DNA of 64,000 bases from Bacteroidota bacterium (GCA_021323165.1 JAJTCJ010000017.1:8645-72644), one strand, 5' to 3'. Shown: positions 39,910 to 50,058, counted from the stretch's first letter. Numbers and translations: made by a program. Notes: generated by a model from the sequence alone, not told the origin.

Positions 39910-40448
39910 TAATTTTTAATATTCAATGCTAATTTTAATAGCTGAGAACTCGCCTTAATATTGTTTCTGTTGAGTGAATTAAGATTCACTTCAAATTTTA
40001 TCTTGTTATTTACAATAAGGAAGTTGATCGCGGATCCTAAGTCCAGATCACCTTTTTGTTCGCTTACAATAAGTGCATTCTTTATAGAAGGGGCTTGTAA
40101 AGACCTCTTAATGTGTTCAGGAGAAATATGTTCAGGAATAAATAGCATATGACAGGTTTTAATATCTCCTGCATCACTGTATTTAGTTATGTTGATCTTC
40201 TTATTGTTGATCTTTTTATTTGCTGCCAGATCATTTAAAGGGCTGACTATTGGCGAATCACCTAAAACACAAATATTGAAAGTTGAAGCATTGTTCAATG
40301 AATTATCTTCCCACTCTACAAATTTCGTAAAATTGTACATGAAGGCTGCCTTTGCCTGATACTCTTCAACCTCTGTTTGAATCATCACAAAGGATGAACC
40401 TAACAGGAGTAATAGAAACATAAATAAGCAACAGGCTTTTCTTTTCAT
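39909..40448 (-). CDS. YfiR (DUF4154) family periplasmic protein
   Basis: EYQAKAAFMYNFTKFVEW; two Cys; INF...KIKFEVN...SSQLLKLA. Confidence 0.9.
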   Translation of the reverse strand: MKRKACCLFMFLLLLLGSSFVMIQTEVEEYQAKAAFMYNFTKFVEWEDNSLNNASTFNICVLGDSPIVSPLNDLAANKKINNKKINITKYSDAGDIKTCHMLFIPEHISPEHIKRSLQAPSIKNALIVSEQKGDLDLGSAINFLIVNNKIKFEVNLNSLNRNNIKASSQLLKLALNIKN

Positions 40449-40488
40449 AAACTGGAATTGAGAAAATAATTCTTAATTTCTCTGTTTG

Positions 40489-41241
40489 TTATTGAAACTT
40501 TATTCGATTTTCGATTAAAGGAGTAACAGGAGTATTTAATATTATATATTCTTTAATTGCATTTGATTGATTCTCCTGAAGATTTTCTTTCATTGAAGAT
40601 GAAATATTCTTAAGAGTAACATAACCATCATTTCCATCGGCAATGAAGGCAGGAAACGCCACAGTATAAACTGTATTCGAATCAAGCATAGCCTCCTGGA
40701 TCTTAACAGATGTAATTCGGTTGCCCGGACTTATTATTACAGTTCCTTCTATATTAATGACCTGAGGTGACTGATTAGTATCGATAGTAATTTCAAGTTC
40801 TTTTGAGAGTTGCAGAAAGGGTCCTTTGGTTAATGGATATTGTGCAACAGAGCGTTCAAATACCGATTTAAGATCTTTGCCATTCAGTTTGATCAAAACT
40901 GTAGGATCCCCGAATGGAAGCATTTCATCAATCATTTCAGCAGTAATAATTCCACTCGGATAAATTCCATTTGGTCTTTTTGAAGCGCTGTAACGGATAC
41001 TTCCCGCATTTACCACAGCACAATCAATTAACTTTCCTTTACTAACCACATTATTAAAAATAGCATCACATATAAGGTTTCCGATCACAGATTCTTTTTT
41101 CCTGATTACATTTTCCCTGGCATCCATATCCACAGTAACCGTTCCCAATGCTGTAGGTTCAGGTAAGTGCTCATCTTTACGGCAGGCATCCGCCAATAAC
41201 AGAAGTAAAATGAAACTTGAAATTTTCAGAACTGTTTTCAT
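40489..41241 (-). CDS. Lipoprotein consisting of a stand-alone 5'-nucleotidase C-terminal (substrate-binding) domain
   Basis: Lipobox ADAC; R..IR..ES.IGNL..DA, NAGSIR, MLPFGD, FIADGNDGY; no metallophosphatase domain. Confidence 0.85.
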   Translation of the reverse strand: MKTVLKISSFILLLLLADACRKDEHLPEPTALGTVTVDMDARENVIRKKESVIGNLICDAIFNNVVSKGKLIDCAVVNAGSIRYSASKRPNGIYPSGIITAEMIDEMLPFGDPTVLIKLNGKDLKSVFERSVAQYPLTKGPFLQLSKELEITIDTNQSPQVINIEGTVIISPGNRITSVKIQEAMLDSNTVYTVAFPAFIADGNDGYVTLKNISSSMKENLQENQSNAIKEYIILNTPVTPLIENRIKFQ

Positions 41242-41246
41242 TTTCC

Positions 41247-43379
41247 TTATAATTTATAAATTACATTCAGCAGTAATGAAGGCCCGGGCTGAATAAGTCC
41301 CTTTAATCCAAATGCATTGATATTTGTGGATTCTTCAGGATCACTGTATTTTTGTGTCCCAAGATTATTTCCAATAATATTGATATTTAAATGCTTATTA
41401 ACACTATACCCTAAGGTGATATTTCCCTGTAAATAATAAGGGATACGAACATAGTGATCGGTTTCCAGATAAAAGCGTTTATTATTTTCGGCTTCGTTAC
41501 CATAGTTAATTCCAATAGCTATGAATACTTTTTTTATTGTGTAATCAAATCCTCCGTTTAATTTTAAGGTTGGGACATTCCTAAGCTCTTTGTAATAATC
41601 CGGCTGCTTATCATAAAACGCAACATCAGATGCTCTTACATTATTTTCATTCCACTTGAACGTACTTAAGAACTGAGAATAATTTGCAAAAACATGGAAT
41701 TCAGGTGCAAGAGCTAGTGTAATTGTTCCCCCATTTCCGTAAGTTTCGACATCCCCGATATTCTCGTATATACCAATACTTCCTCCCCCATGTGGATCAT
41801 AAACTCTTATTAAATTTCTATTCTGAATGTAATACAGGTTGTATTTTATCTGCAGCTTTTTATAATTGATCACTGTACCTATTTCGACTGTATTAATATC
41901 TTCAGGAGTGAGCTTAGTATTGCCTTTTACCCCATACTCATTGCCAATTGTTGAATTATCATATAACTCCTGGAATGAAGGTGCCCGGAATGCTTTTCCG
42001 TATAAACCTTTAAAATGAATATGCTGGGTAGCTTTATAAGTAATGCCCAAACGCGGGTTAACAGACTGACCAAAATCATTATAGTCATCATATCTCAATC
42101 CTGCTGTTACTGTAAATTTCTTTATACGGAAATTAGTTTGAAGGAAATATGCAAAAACGAATCTTCTTTTTTTATCCTGAGTAAATTCAATATTATCATA
42201 ATTATTAAAAGCTCCTTGATATTCATCTCCCACAATTTTATAATTACGTGACAGATCATATTTCGCCAGAGAAAGATCTTCGAACACGCTGCCTGTTAAG
42301 ATATCAAAATGTTCATTGGCTTTAATGTAAATATCAAGAGAACTTCCGTAGGTCACTCCAGTGTATTTTTCTCGTGTAAGCTTACCATCTGGAAAGAGAT
42401 CTCCTGAAGTAGCTGATACATAATTATCAGGTGCCTCCTGATTAAGAAAATCATGCGTATTTGAATTATAATAAAGTTTAGGAGTTATTATAACATTATC
42501 GCCAATCCTGTAGTCATAAAAAATATTTGCTGCAAGCTGATTGGTAATTAATTTGGAATCAGGTGACGCAATAAAAACCGGACCGACCCAACTCCCTTGC
42601 TGCCTGTAAATATTAAATAAATTAAAGTGCAGATTATTAGAAACTAAATTACAATTTACATATCCATCCTTATTCCAACGGTTAGTTCTATAATTTTTAT
42701 CCATGTAAGTTAAGCTCCATTCCTGATCTTTTACTTTATCACTTTCGATCAGTTGTGAGTTACCATCGCTCTGATAATATCCTAGTGAAAGATCAAGTTT
42801 AACTTTCTCGTTTTGAACAGTATAATTTGCGTTTGCATTTAGTGTCGAATTCAATCCACCGGTAACGCTAACGGAGGTCTGACTTATAGTAAAGATGTTT
42901 ATTACGCCAGCCATTGCGTTACTTCCGTAAATTGCAGATCCGGGTCCACGGATAATTTCGACTTTCTCTATAAAATCTAATGGAAGATCATAAATAGCCC
43001 TTCCATTATAAAAATCATTTATCTGTTGGCCATTTATCAAAACCAATATATTACCATCTTTGCGGCCTCCGCGTAAAGAAATCCGATATTGTCCATCTGT
43101 TCCCATACTCGTTTCGATTCCCGGGATAAATTTCAAGAGATCAATAAGTGTGATCGCTCCAAAATTCTTAAAATCGGAATGTTCAATAACAGAAATAATT
43201 GCGGGTGCTTCTGTTTCTAATTGTGGTTTTTTAGCCGCGCTGAATACTTTCAACTCTAGAAGTTCTTCAAGAGAAAGGTCAGCGATATCACCGTTCTTTC
43301 CCGTTGAATCATTTTGGGAAAATGAAATCAGAGGAAAAAAGAGTATTATGACAAAAAGTATTGTGTTTCTATTAACCAT
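41247..43379 (-). CDS. TonB-dependent receptor (YfiR-operon type)
   Basis: DLSLEELLELKVFSAAK N-terminus; plug IEIIRGPGSAIYGSNAMAGVINI; GLRYDDY, AFRAPS barrel motifs. Confidence 0.92.
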   Translation of the reverse strand: MVNRNTILFVIILFFPLISFSQNDSTGKNGDIADLSLEELLELKVFSAAKKPQLETEAPAIISVIEHSDFKNFGAITLIDLLKFIPGIETSMGTDGQYRISLRGGRKDGNILVLINGQQINDFYNGRAIYDLPLDFIEKVEIIRGPGSAIYGSNAMAGVINIFTISQTSVSVTGGLNSTLNANANYTVQNEKVKLDLSLGYYQSDGNSQLIESDKVKDQEWSLTYMDKNYRTNRWNKDGYVNCNLVSNNLHFNLFNIYRQQGSWVGPVFIASPDSKLITNQLAANIFYDYRIGDNVIITPKLYYNSNTHDFLNQEAPDNYVSATSGDLFPDGKLTREKYTGVTYGSSLDIYIKANEHFDILTGSVFEDLSLAKYDLSRNYKIVGDEYQGAFNNYDNIEFTQDKKRRFVFAYFLQTNFRIKKFTVTAGLRYDDYNDFGQSVNPRLGITYKATQHIHFKGLYGKAFRAPSFQELYDNSTIGNEYGVKGNTKLTPEDINTVEIGTVINYKKLQIKYNLYYIQNRNLIRVYDPHGGGSIGIYENIGDVETYGNGGTITLALAPEFHVFANYSQFLSTFKWNENNVRASDVAFYDKQPDYYKELRNVPTLKLNGGFDYTIKKVFIAIGINYGNEAENNKRFYLETDHYVRIPYYLQGNITLGYSVNKHLNINIIGNNLGTQKYSDPEESTNINAFGLKGLIQPGPSLLLNVIYKL

Positions 43380-43401
43380 AAATTAAAAACGACTAACTAG
43401 T

Positions 43402-43409
43402 CAAATTTA
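43402..43409 (-). promoter_or_regulatory. -7 promoter element for the receptor-YfiR operon
   Basis: TAAATTTG, 23 nt upstream of the ATG. Confidence 0.6.
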
Positions 43410-43654
43410 TAGATAAATCGACTCTCGCGCAACAAAAACTTTAATATGTTTATAATCTGGAAAAAAGGGAAAATATATCCCCGACCAGTACTTACATATA
43501 AGTTCTAATAAGAAATCTCGGAAACCGGCTTCTGACAATATACTCGATAAGAGACAAATGTAATTTTCTTCATTGGCAGATTATTTTACCGGGATTCTCG
43601 ATCAGCTATTAAAACTCCCTGGATAGCATATTATTAAACTATAATTTTCTATGC

Positions 43655-45304
43655 ATGAAAAAAAGCTACTTTGTTTTTATAATCAGTTTTGTATACTGTA
43701 ACTGTTTTGCCCAGGATTTTCTATGGTCAAAAGTCGAAGGAAAATATGCTTACGATTACGGTTATGGTATCGCTACAGACAATTCAGGGAACGTTTATGT
43801 GACCGGTAAGTATGAAGAGCTTGCAGATTTTAGCGGAACCATCTTACCAAATCAGGGTAACCATGATATTTACCTTGCTCAATATTCCCCTTCTGGAAAT
43901 TTAAACTGGATAAGGACCGGTGGAAGTTATACCGGTGACTATGCCCGTATTCTTGCCTGCGATAAAACAAGTCATGTATATATAGCAGGGGAAATAGAAG
44001 GAGTTAATTCTACCATAGTATTTCCGGGCTCTTCCATAACAATTACCGGACATGGTGAAAATGATGTGTTTGTCGCTTCGTACGATCTTAATGGAAATTT
44101 ATTATGGGCCAGAAGTGAAGGTGGAATTTATAATGAAAAAGCTTTGGGTGTTGCCTATGATATGTTGGGAAATGTAATAATATGTGGATTTTTCAATGAC
44201 ACAACCAACTTTGGAGGAACTACATATGTAGGAAATGGAGGCAAAGATCTTTTTGTTGCGAAATATGATTCTAATGGAAATCTTTTGTGGATGAAACACG
44301 CTGGAGGTCCTGGGGAAGAAGAGGCAAAATCTGTAGTATGTGATGATGATGGAAATATTTACATCTGCGGCAAATATTCAGATGGAGTAATTTTCGGAGA
44401 TGATGATTATTCAACAGCAGTAACTCAATACGGACAATTCTTTAATGGATATGTCGCAAAATACTCATCTGATGGGACCTTTCTATGGATGAAAAATATA
44501 GATGGTGATTATGACGATATTGCTTGGTCAATAACAAAGGATAACAATCATAGAATTTATGTAACCGGGGAGTTCAGCGGTGCGGTATTCGATTCTCTTA
44601 CATTATATACCTATGGGAAAGCTGATGTATTTGTTGCATGTTATGATGAAGAAGGCGTTATTCAGTGGGCGGTGCACGGAGGAGAATTACTTGCTGACAG
44701 AGCAAGAGGCATTGGTACTGATGGAGACAAGATTTTCATTACCGGTCAGTTTGCCGGAACTGCCGTGTTTGGTGATCATACAATTTCTGCAATTGACAGT
44801 TCAGATATTTTTGTGGCCGGACTCGACAATACAGGTCAATTCCTATGGGCAAGATCTGTTGGTGGAATAGCTGACTCTTATGAGCCTGATGGTTATGAAT
44901 CCGGAATTGCAGTGTGCGGTGACACATCCGGGGTAGTATATTTCACAGGAGCGTTATTAAATGGCGGTGTCTTCGGAAATACAAGTCACTACGGATATAC
45001 AAGAACGGATGTTTTTATATCAAAATTATCTACTGTTGTTGGCCTTGACGAGAGAGTAAACAATAAGAATCAACTCTTGATCTATCCTAACCCCGGAACC
45101 GGAATATTCAAAATCTCCACAAATCAGATCAAAGGACATGACACGGAAGTTAGTGTATATAATTACCTGGGAGAACTTGTTAAACCGGCAGATATTACAA
45201 ACTCTGAAATGCATATCGACCTTTCAGATCAGCCAAAAGGAATTTACTTTGTTCATGTTAATTCAGGGAATAATTCATTCATTGAAAAGATCATCCTGAA
45301 TTAA
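43655..45304 (+). CDS. SBBP-type beta-propeller repeat protein with T9SS type A CTD
   Basis: Repeats D..GN.Y.TG ... D.FVAKY...G.L.W; IYPNP...KGIYFV CTD. Confidence 0.87.
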   Translation: MKKSYFVFIISFVYCNCFAQDFLWSKVEGKYAYDYGYGIATDNSGNVYVTGKYEELADFSGTILPNQGNHDIYLAQYSPSGNLNWIRTGGSYTGDYARILACDKTSHVYIAGEIEGVNSTIVFPGSSITITGHGENDVFVASYDLNGNLLWARSEGGIYNEKALGVAYDMLGNVIICGFFNDTTNFGGTTYVGNGGKDLFVAKYDSNGNLLWMKHAGGPGEEEAKSVVCDDDGNIYICGKYSDGVIFGDDDYSTAVTQYGQFFNGYVAKYSSDGTFLWMKNIDGDYDDIAWSITKDNNHRIYVTGEFSGAVFDSLTLYTYGKADVFVACYDEEGVIQWAVHGGELLADRARGIGTDGDKIFITGQFAGTAVFGDHTISAIDSSDIFVAGLDNTGQFLWARSVGGIADSYEPDGYESGIAVCGDTSGVVYFTGALLNGGVFGNTSHYGYTRTDVFISKLSTVVGLDERVNNKNQLLIYPNPGTGIFKISTNQIKGHDTEVSVYNYLGELVKPADITNSEMHIDLSDQPKGIYFVHVNSGNNSFIEKIILN

Positions 45305-45307
45305 AAT

Positions 45308-45341
45308 AAAAAAGATCCGGCTGAAAACCGGATCTTTTTTT
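45308..45341. terminator. Bidirectional intrinsic terminator
   Basis: AAAAAAGATCCGG-loop-CCGGATCTTTTTTT. Confidence 0.85.
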
Positions 45342-45343
45342 GT

Positions 45344-47548
45344 TTAAAGTGAATATCTCACATTTAAATAAAAACTTCTTCCCCTGGTTCTGAATCCGTT
45401 GATCTCAGAGTATTTCTCATCAAGCACATTTGCAACTCTGAGGCCTGCGCTTAAACCTTTCCAGATCTTAACATTTGCAGACAGATCAAGAAGTGTATAT
45501 TGTTTTACATTTACAGTTCCCAATGCACCATATGGTCCCAGAGCCGGATCATAAACAACATCACCGCGTCCTCCGACATAACGAACATCTGCTCTAAGCA
45601 TGAGTATAGTTATTGGGCGATATGTTAAAGAAATGTTAGCTGTGTTCGGCCTGCGTGATAATCCTAAAACCTCTATATCCTTATCATTGATGAAAGAACC
45701 ATTGCTGTATATCTGAACATGGTTTCCTCCTGTCTGAGCCGTATCAATATTTTCTTTAGTATATTTTAATTTACCGCTTGTTAAACTTAGGTTTGCCGAT
45801 ACCGTAATCTTTCCAGAGATCTTACTGCTGATCCCCAACTCCACTCCTTCAGTGGTCATGGAAGCAGCATTAATATATGTATCACCGCGGTAATCATCTC
45901 TTCCCCAGTTTTGTCCTAATGTATCCGTTCCAATATTTTTATCCCAGAGATAAACATATTCAATTACATTTTCAACAACTGTTTTATAATATGCGGCAGA
46001 AAGCTCAATATTATTTATTCTTTGTTTAAATCCCACTTCAAATGTTTTAGAAGTTTCCGGGTTCAGTTTTTTATTCCCTCTGTTCAAACCTGTTGAAGGT
46101 TGTCCATCCCATGGCTTATATGCAGTAGGATCATACAACTGATAAAGAGAAGGAGCATTATAACCCGTGGAATAAGTCATGTAAAGCAACGCTGTTTCTG
46201 TGATCTTAAAAGACGGATTAATCTCGTATGTTATATTACTTCCAAATATACTGTGATCACTGTATCTCAACCCTCCGGATAAATTCAGCCAATTATATTT
46301 ATCATTGATCAACTCCCCTCCGATATCAGCATGCATAAATATGCTTCCTGTAGTAGATTTCGGATCAACAGAATCAACGGATGTTTTTATTTCTTCGTAA
46401 CCAGCCGGAAAACTCCACATATTGTAATAATAAAGGCTTGTATTTATTCTCATTGATTCAGAATACACACCACCGCCAACAACAGCACTCAGACCTTTGA
46501 TCTTGTAATTGGCCTGGAGCTCTTCGCTTTCTAATTTCCCTTTGTAAGTATTCTTGACATATTGTCTGTCATTATCCCCATTGCTATTGATACGGGATGA
46601 ATCATCTATCGCGATCCTTTTCATATCCGACATCCCGCCAATATATGAAACGCTTAATTTCTCATTCACTTTATATGATGCACCAAAAGTGAACAGATTT
46701 CTTTTAAAGTCTAATGTATAATTATCATCATCACGATAAGCCCCTTTATCTATTTCGGTGAATTGATTCGTTTGTTTGAATGAAGCATATACATCAATTT
46801 TTTTATTATTAAAACCTGCTTTAACAAGCCAGTCAAGCTTATCAAAATCATCGCTCATATCGGAATGTTTATAGGCTGTAGTGCTTTTGACAGTATCTTC
46901 TGTCGCATTCATGCCTTGAACATTGGTATTATAAAGCTCAGCAGAAACATACAGTCCGTTCTTTAAAGCATAATTCAGATATACATTTTCTGAGATCTCT
47001 GAAGTATTGTTACCGAAAGTACCTCCCAAAATAGATACATCTGCTGAAAGACCCGCCTTCTCAGACTTTTTAGTAATGATATTTATCACTCCCCCGATAG
47101 CTGCTGACCCATATAAAGTGCTGTGGGAACCTCTTACAATTTCAATTTTCGAAATATTAGCAAGAGATAGTTCTGAAACATCAATCGCATTATTAATTGC
47201 GGAAGGATCGGTGATACGCACACCGTCAATTAAAATAACAGTTTGATTACTGTTGGCCCCACGTGTAAATATACTGGAGGTTAGACCCGGATTCTGACCT
47301 GCTCCAACAGCATACATTCCTTCCTGCACTGTTAGTAATTCGGCAACAGACGTTGCACCGGATCTTTTAATCTCTTCAGAAGTGATTACACTAATACTTC
47401 TGCCAACATCATTGGGATCTTGTTCACTTCGTGTTGCTGTAATAACAACTTCCTTTAATTCTTTTTTCTTTAATGAATCCTGAGCGGATACACTCATTGA
47501 TAAACACAGAAAGGTGCTTACCGCAATAAAACATTTTTCCTTTTTCAT
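45344..47548 (-). CDS. btuB: TonB-dependent vitamin B12 receptor (BtuB-like)
   Basis: EVVITATR; IEIVRGSHSTLYGSAAIGGVINI; directly downstream of a cobalamin riboswitch. Confidence 0.85.
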   Translation of the reverse strand: MKKEKCFIAVSTFLCLSMSVSAQDSLKKKELKEVVITATRSEQDPNDVGRSISVITSEEIKRSGATSVAELLTVQEGMYAVGAGQNPGLTSSIFTRGANSNQTVILIDGVRITDPSAINNAIDVSELSLANISKIEIVRGSHSTLYGSAAIGGVINIITKKSEKAGLSADVSILGGTFGNNTSEISENVYLNYALKNGLYVSAELYNTNVQGMNATEDTVKSTTAYKHSDMSDDFDKLDWLVKAGFNNKKIDVYASFKQTNQFTEIDKGAYRDDDNYTLDFKRNLFTFGASYKVNEKLSVSYIGGMSDMKRIAIDDSSRINSNGDNDRQYVKNTYKGKLESEELQANYKIKGLSAVVGGGVYSESMRINTSLYYYNMWSFPAGYEEIKTSVDSVDPKSTTGSIFMHADIGGELINDKYNWLNLSGGLRYSDHSIFGSNITYEINPSFKITETALLYMTYSTGYNAPSLYQLYDPTAYKPWDGQPSTGLNRGNKKLNPETSKTFEVGFKQRINNIELSAAYYKTVVENVIEYVYLWDKNIGTDTLGQNWGRDDYRGDTYINAASMTTEGVELGISSKISGKITVSANLSLTSGKLKYTKENIDTAQTGGNHVQIYSNGSFINDKDIEVLGLSRRPNTANISLTYRPITILMLRADVRYVGGRGDVVYDPALGPYGALGTVNVKQYTLLDLSANVKIWKGLSAGLRVANVLDEKYSEINGFRTRGRSFYLNVRYSL

Positions 47549-47660
47549 TTTTTTTGAATGATTTAAATAGTAAATAAAAAGGAATAAAAAGTGAACGGAT
47601 TAGATTGTTCTGAGGATCTTTTTCCATTCTTAGCTCTTTACCCGAAAGCATTGAATTATT

Positions 47661-47838
47661 GCAAAATGGCAGGTCTCCTGACTTACTCTTGTGCGCCTTC
47701 CCATAACGCATGTGCGGTACAGTGGCTTTTGGGGAACACTTTTCTGAATGATACAGAATGAGCTTACAGTTGCGGGAACAGTCCTTGAATTTAACAAGGT
47801 TCCCTTTTAACCCTTCCACTGATGGAAAGGACCAAAAT
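47661..47838 (-). ncRNA. Cobalamin riboswitch
   Basis: Minus strand: AAAAGGGAA...CTGTTCCCGCAACTGTAA...GCCACTG...GGGAAGGC...AAGTCAGGAGACCTGCC (B12 box). Confidence 0.95.
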
Positions 47839-47845
47839 TGCGCGG

Positions 47846-47853
47846 CAAAGATA
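47846..47853 (-). promoter_or_regulatory. -7 promoter element for riboswitch-btuB
   Basis: TATCTTTG immediately 5' of the riboswitch. Confidence 0.75.
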
Positions 47854-47926
47854 GAAAAATATTGAAGTAAATATCTTAATTTTTAAATTGCTATTTTTAA
47901 ACGGTAATATCTATTCACCATATTTT

Positions 47927-49165
47927 ATGACTAAACAAACCACTCATTCGGTTTTCAATATAATTGTAATTGTAGCTGCCCTGGGCTATTTTGTTGACAT
48001 ATACGATCTCCTTTTATTTAGTGTGGAGAGAATTGACAGCCTTAAAGAAATTCTGGGTGCTTCCGCAACTACTGATCAGCTTCAAAGTGTCGGAAAACAA
48101 TTGCTCAACTGGCAGATGGGCGGAATGTTGGTAGGTGGTATATTCTGGGGGATTTTAGGAGATAAGAAAGGGCGCCTTTCAGTTTTGTTTGGTTCTATTT
48201 TGTTGTATTCACTTGCAAATATCGCGAATGGCTTTGTCCAATCGGTTCCTCAGTATGCAATTCTAAGATTTATTTCCGGTTTCGGCCTGGCAGGTGAACT
48301 TGGTGCAGGAATTACCCTGGTAAGTGAAACTATGAGCAAAGAAAGACGTGGGATCGGAACAATGATAGTTGCCACGATAGGTGTATTTGGTGCTGTGGTA
48401 GCTGGTTTCATGGGCACTGTTATCGAGAACTGGAGATATTCCTTTTTTATAGGTGGCGGAATGGGGTTGTTGTTATTGATCATGCGAATAGGTGTTTTTG
48501 AATCAGGGATGTTTGAACAAACCCGACAAACAAATGTAAGCCGCGGAAATCTTTTAAGTTTATTCTCATCGCGAAAAAAAGCTTTTAAATATCTTAGTAT
48601 AATAATGGTTGCAATCCCAGTATGGTATGTAATGGGGGTTCTTATAACTTTTGCTCCTGAAATGATGGAGCGTCTTGGAGTTACAGCCTTTAAACCGAAT
48701 CCCGGGAAGTGTGTGATGTTTGCATATCTGGGAATAACCATTGGTGATTTCGCAAGTGGAATGCTGAGTCACTTTCTTAAAAGCAGAAAAAAAGCACTTG
48801 CTACATTTATGTGTCTGACTCTCATAGCTATCCTCATGTACTTCACAATAGCCAAGGAATCTGAAACAATGTTCTACACCGTGGTTACTTTCACAGGATT
48901 TGCGACCGGATATTGGGCTGTGTTCATGAGCACAGCATCAGAATTATTCGGAACGAATATCCGATCTACAGTTACCACCACTTCACCCAACTTTGTAAGA
49001 GGATCACTTATTTTTGTTACTATGCTTATAGATCTGGCAACAATTTTTACTGGTAAGGTTGAAGCCGTCATCTTTGTTGGTGGATTTATTTTCCTTTTGG
49101 CTTTTTTAGCCCTTAGGAATCTTGAAGAAACATTTGGAAAGGAATTAAACTATATAGAAGAATGA
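47927..49165 (+). CDS. MFS transporter
   Basis: About 12 TM segments; GILGDKKGR, GFGLAGELG, SELFGTNIRST motifs. Confidence 0.92.
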   Translation: MTKQTTHSVFNIIVIVAALGYFVDIYDLLLFSVERIDSLKEILGASATTDQLQSVGKQLLNWQMGGMLVGGIFWGILGDKKGRLSVLFGSILLYSLANIANGFVQSVPQYAILRFISGFGLAGELGAGITLVSETMSKERRGIGTMIVATIGVFGAVVAGFMGTVIENWRYSFFIGGGMGLLLLIMRIGVFESGMFEQTRQTNVSRGNLLSLFSSRKKAFKYLSIIMVAIPVWYVMGVLITFAPEMMERLGVTAFKPNPGKCVMFAYLGITIGDFASGMLSHFLKSRKKALATFMCLTLIAILMYFTIAKESETMFYTVVTFTGFATGYWAVFMSTASELFGTNIRSTVTTTSPNFVRGSLIFVTMLIDLATIFTGKVEAVIFVGGFIFLLAFLALRNLEETFGKELNYIEE

Positions 49166-49530
49166 GCAAAAAAACTGTCGTTATAGGAGCATCAGAAAAT
49201 CCGGAACGTTATGCATATAGAGCTACTGTTTCATTAGATAGATATAATCATCCGGTAGTTCCGGTGGGTCTAAAAGAAGGTCACATCCAGGATATAAAGA
49301 TTCTTAGTGTGAAAGACAAACCGGCTATCGAAGGTGTTGATACAGTTACTATGTATGTGGGACCATTGCATCAGCCTTCGTGGTATGATTATATCCTTTC
49401 ATTGAAACCTTCACGTGTGATCTTTAATCCGGGAACAGAGAACGAAGAATTCTATAAAATGCTTAAAGAAAAGAATATTGAACATATTGAAGCTTGTACA
49501 TTAGTAATGCTTTCGGTCGGTAATTATTAA
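49162..49530 (+). CDS. CoA-binding protein (YccU-like)
   Basis: VIGASENPERY, DTVTMYV, IFNPGTEN, ACTLVM. Confidence 0.9.
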   Translation: MSKKTVVIGASENPERYAYRATVSLDRYNHPVVPVGLKEGHIQDIKILSVKDKPAIEGVDTVTMYVGPLHQPSWYDYILSLKPSRVIFNPGTENEEFYKMLKEKNIEHIEACTLVMLSVGNY

Positions 49531-49533
49531 AAG

Positions 49534-49560
49534 AAAACCTCTCCTGTTAAGGAGAGGTTC
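49534..49560. terminator. Intrinsic terminator between convergent genes
   Basis: AACCTCTCCT/AGGAGAGGTT stem. Confidence 0.75.
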
Positions 49561-49622
49561 TCATCACAACTGGTGATTTTACACCATCGCGGTTCCCGCA
49601 ACTAAAACAAACAAACCAACTT

Positions 49623-49829
49623 TTAATATTCTCTTTCTGAAGTCGCGTAAGAATAACTTTGTCCTACCGAGCTTCGTGTTTTGTGATCATTTAATTTGTT
49701 CGTTGATGTTTTATCAGTTTTACCTTCTACAACTTTAGAAACCATATTTTTTAAACCTGAAAAACCACCTCTTGCGTATATAGCGCTTGAAACTAGTCCA
49801 AGTACAGCTACTAATAATAACTTTTTCAT
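49623..49829 (-). CDS. Small secreted hypothetical protein
   Basis: MKKLLLVAVLGLVSSAIYA signal peptide; 68 aa. Confidence 0.6.
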   Translation of the reverse strand: MKKLLLVAVLGLVSSAIYARGGFSGLKNMVSKVVEGKTDKTSTNKLNDHKTRSSVGQSYSYATSEREY

Positions 49830-49878
49830 AATCTTCCGTTTTATTGTTTCTTATAAAACGTCAAACAACAAACAAAAA

Positions 49879-50058
49879 TTATTTTGAAACTGCAATTGCA
49901 GCTTTTAGCGGTTTCTTTATAACGGCCTTCTTTACCATTTTTTTGTCCCGGACAATTTTAGTTTTTGAAATTTTTGGCTCCTGAGGATAATAATTTGCCG
50001 CATCCACTGCTGTTGTAGTTATAGAAGTAAGAGCGAGCATTAAAATTAATCTTTTCAT
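49879..50058 (-). CDS. Small secreted Lys-rich hypothetical protein
   Basis: MKRLILMLALTSITTTAVDA signal peptide; basic mature part. Confidence 0.6.
   Translation of the reverse strand: MKRLILMLALTSITTTAVDAANYYPQEPKISKTKIVRDKKMVKKAVIKKPLKAAIAVSK

Noticed and set aside
47424-47819. 131-aa ORF upstream of btuB
   Set aside because: It runs through the cobalamin riboswitch and overlaps btuB out of frame; spurious.
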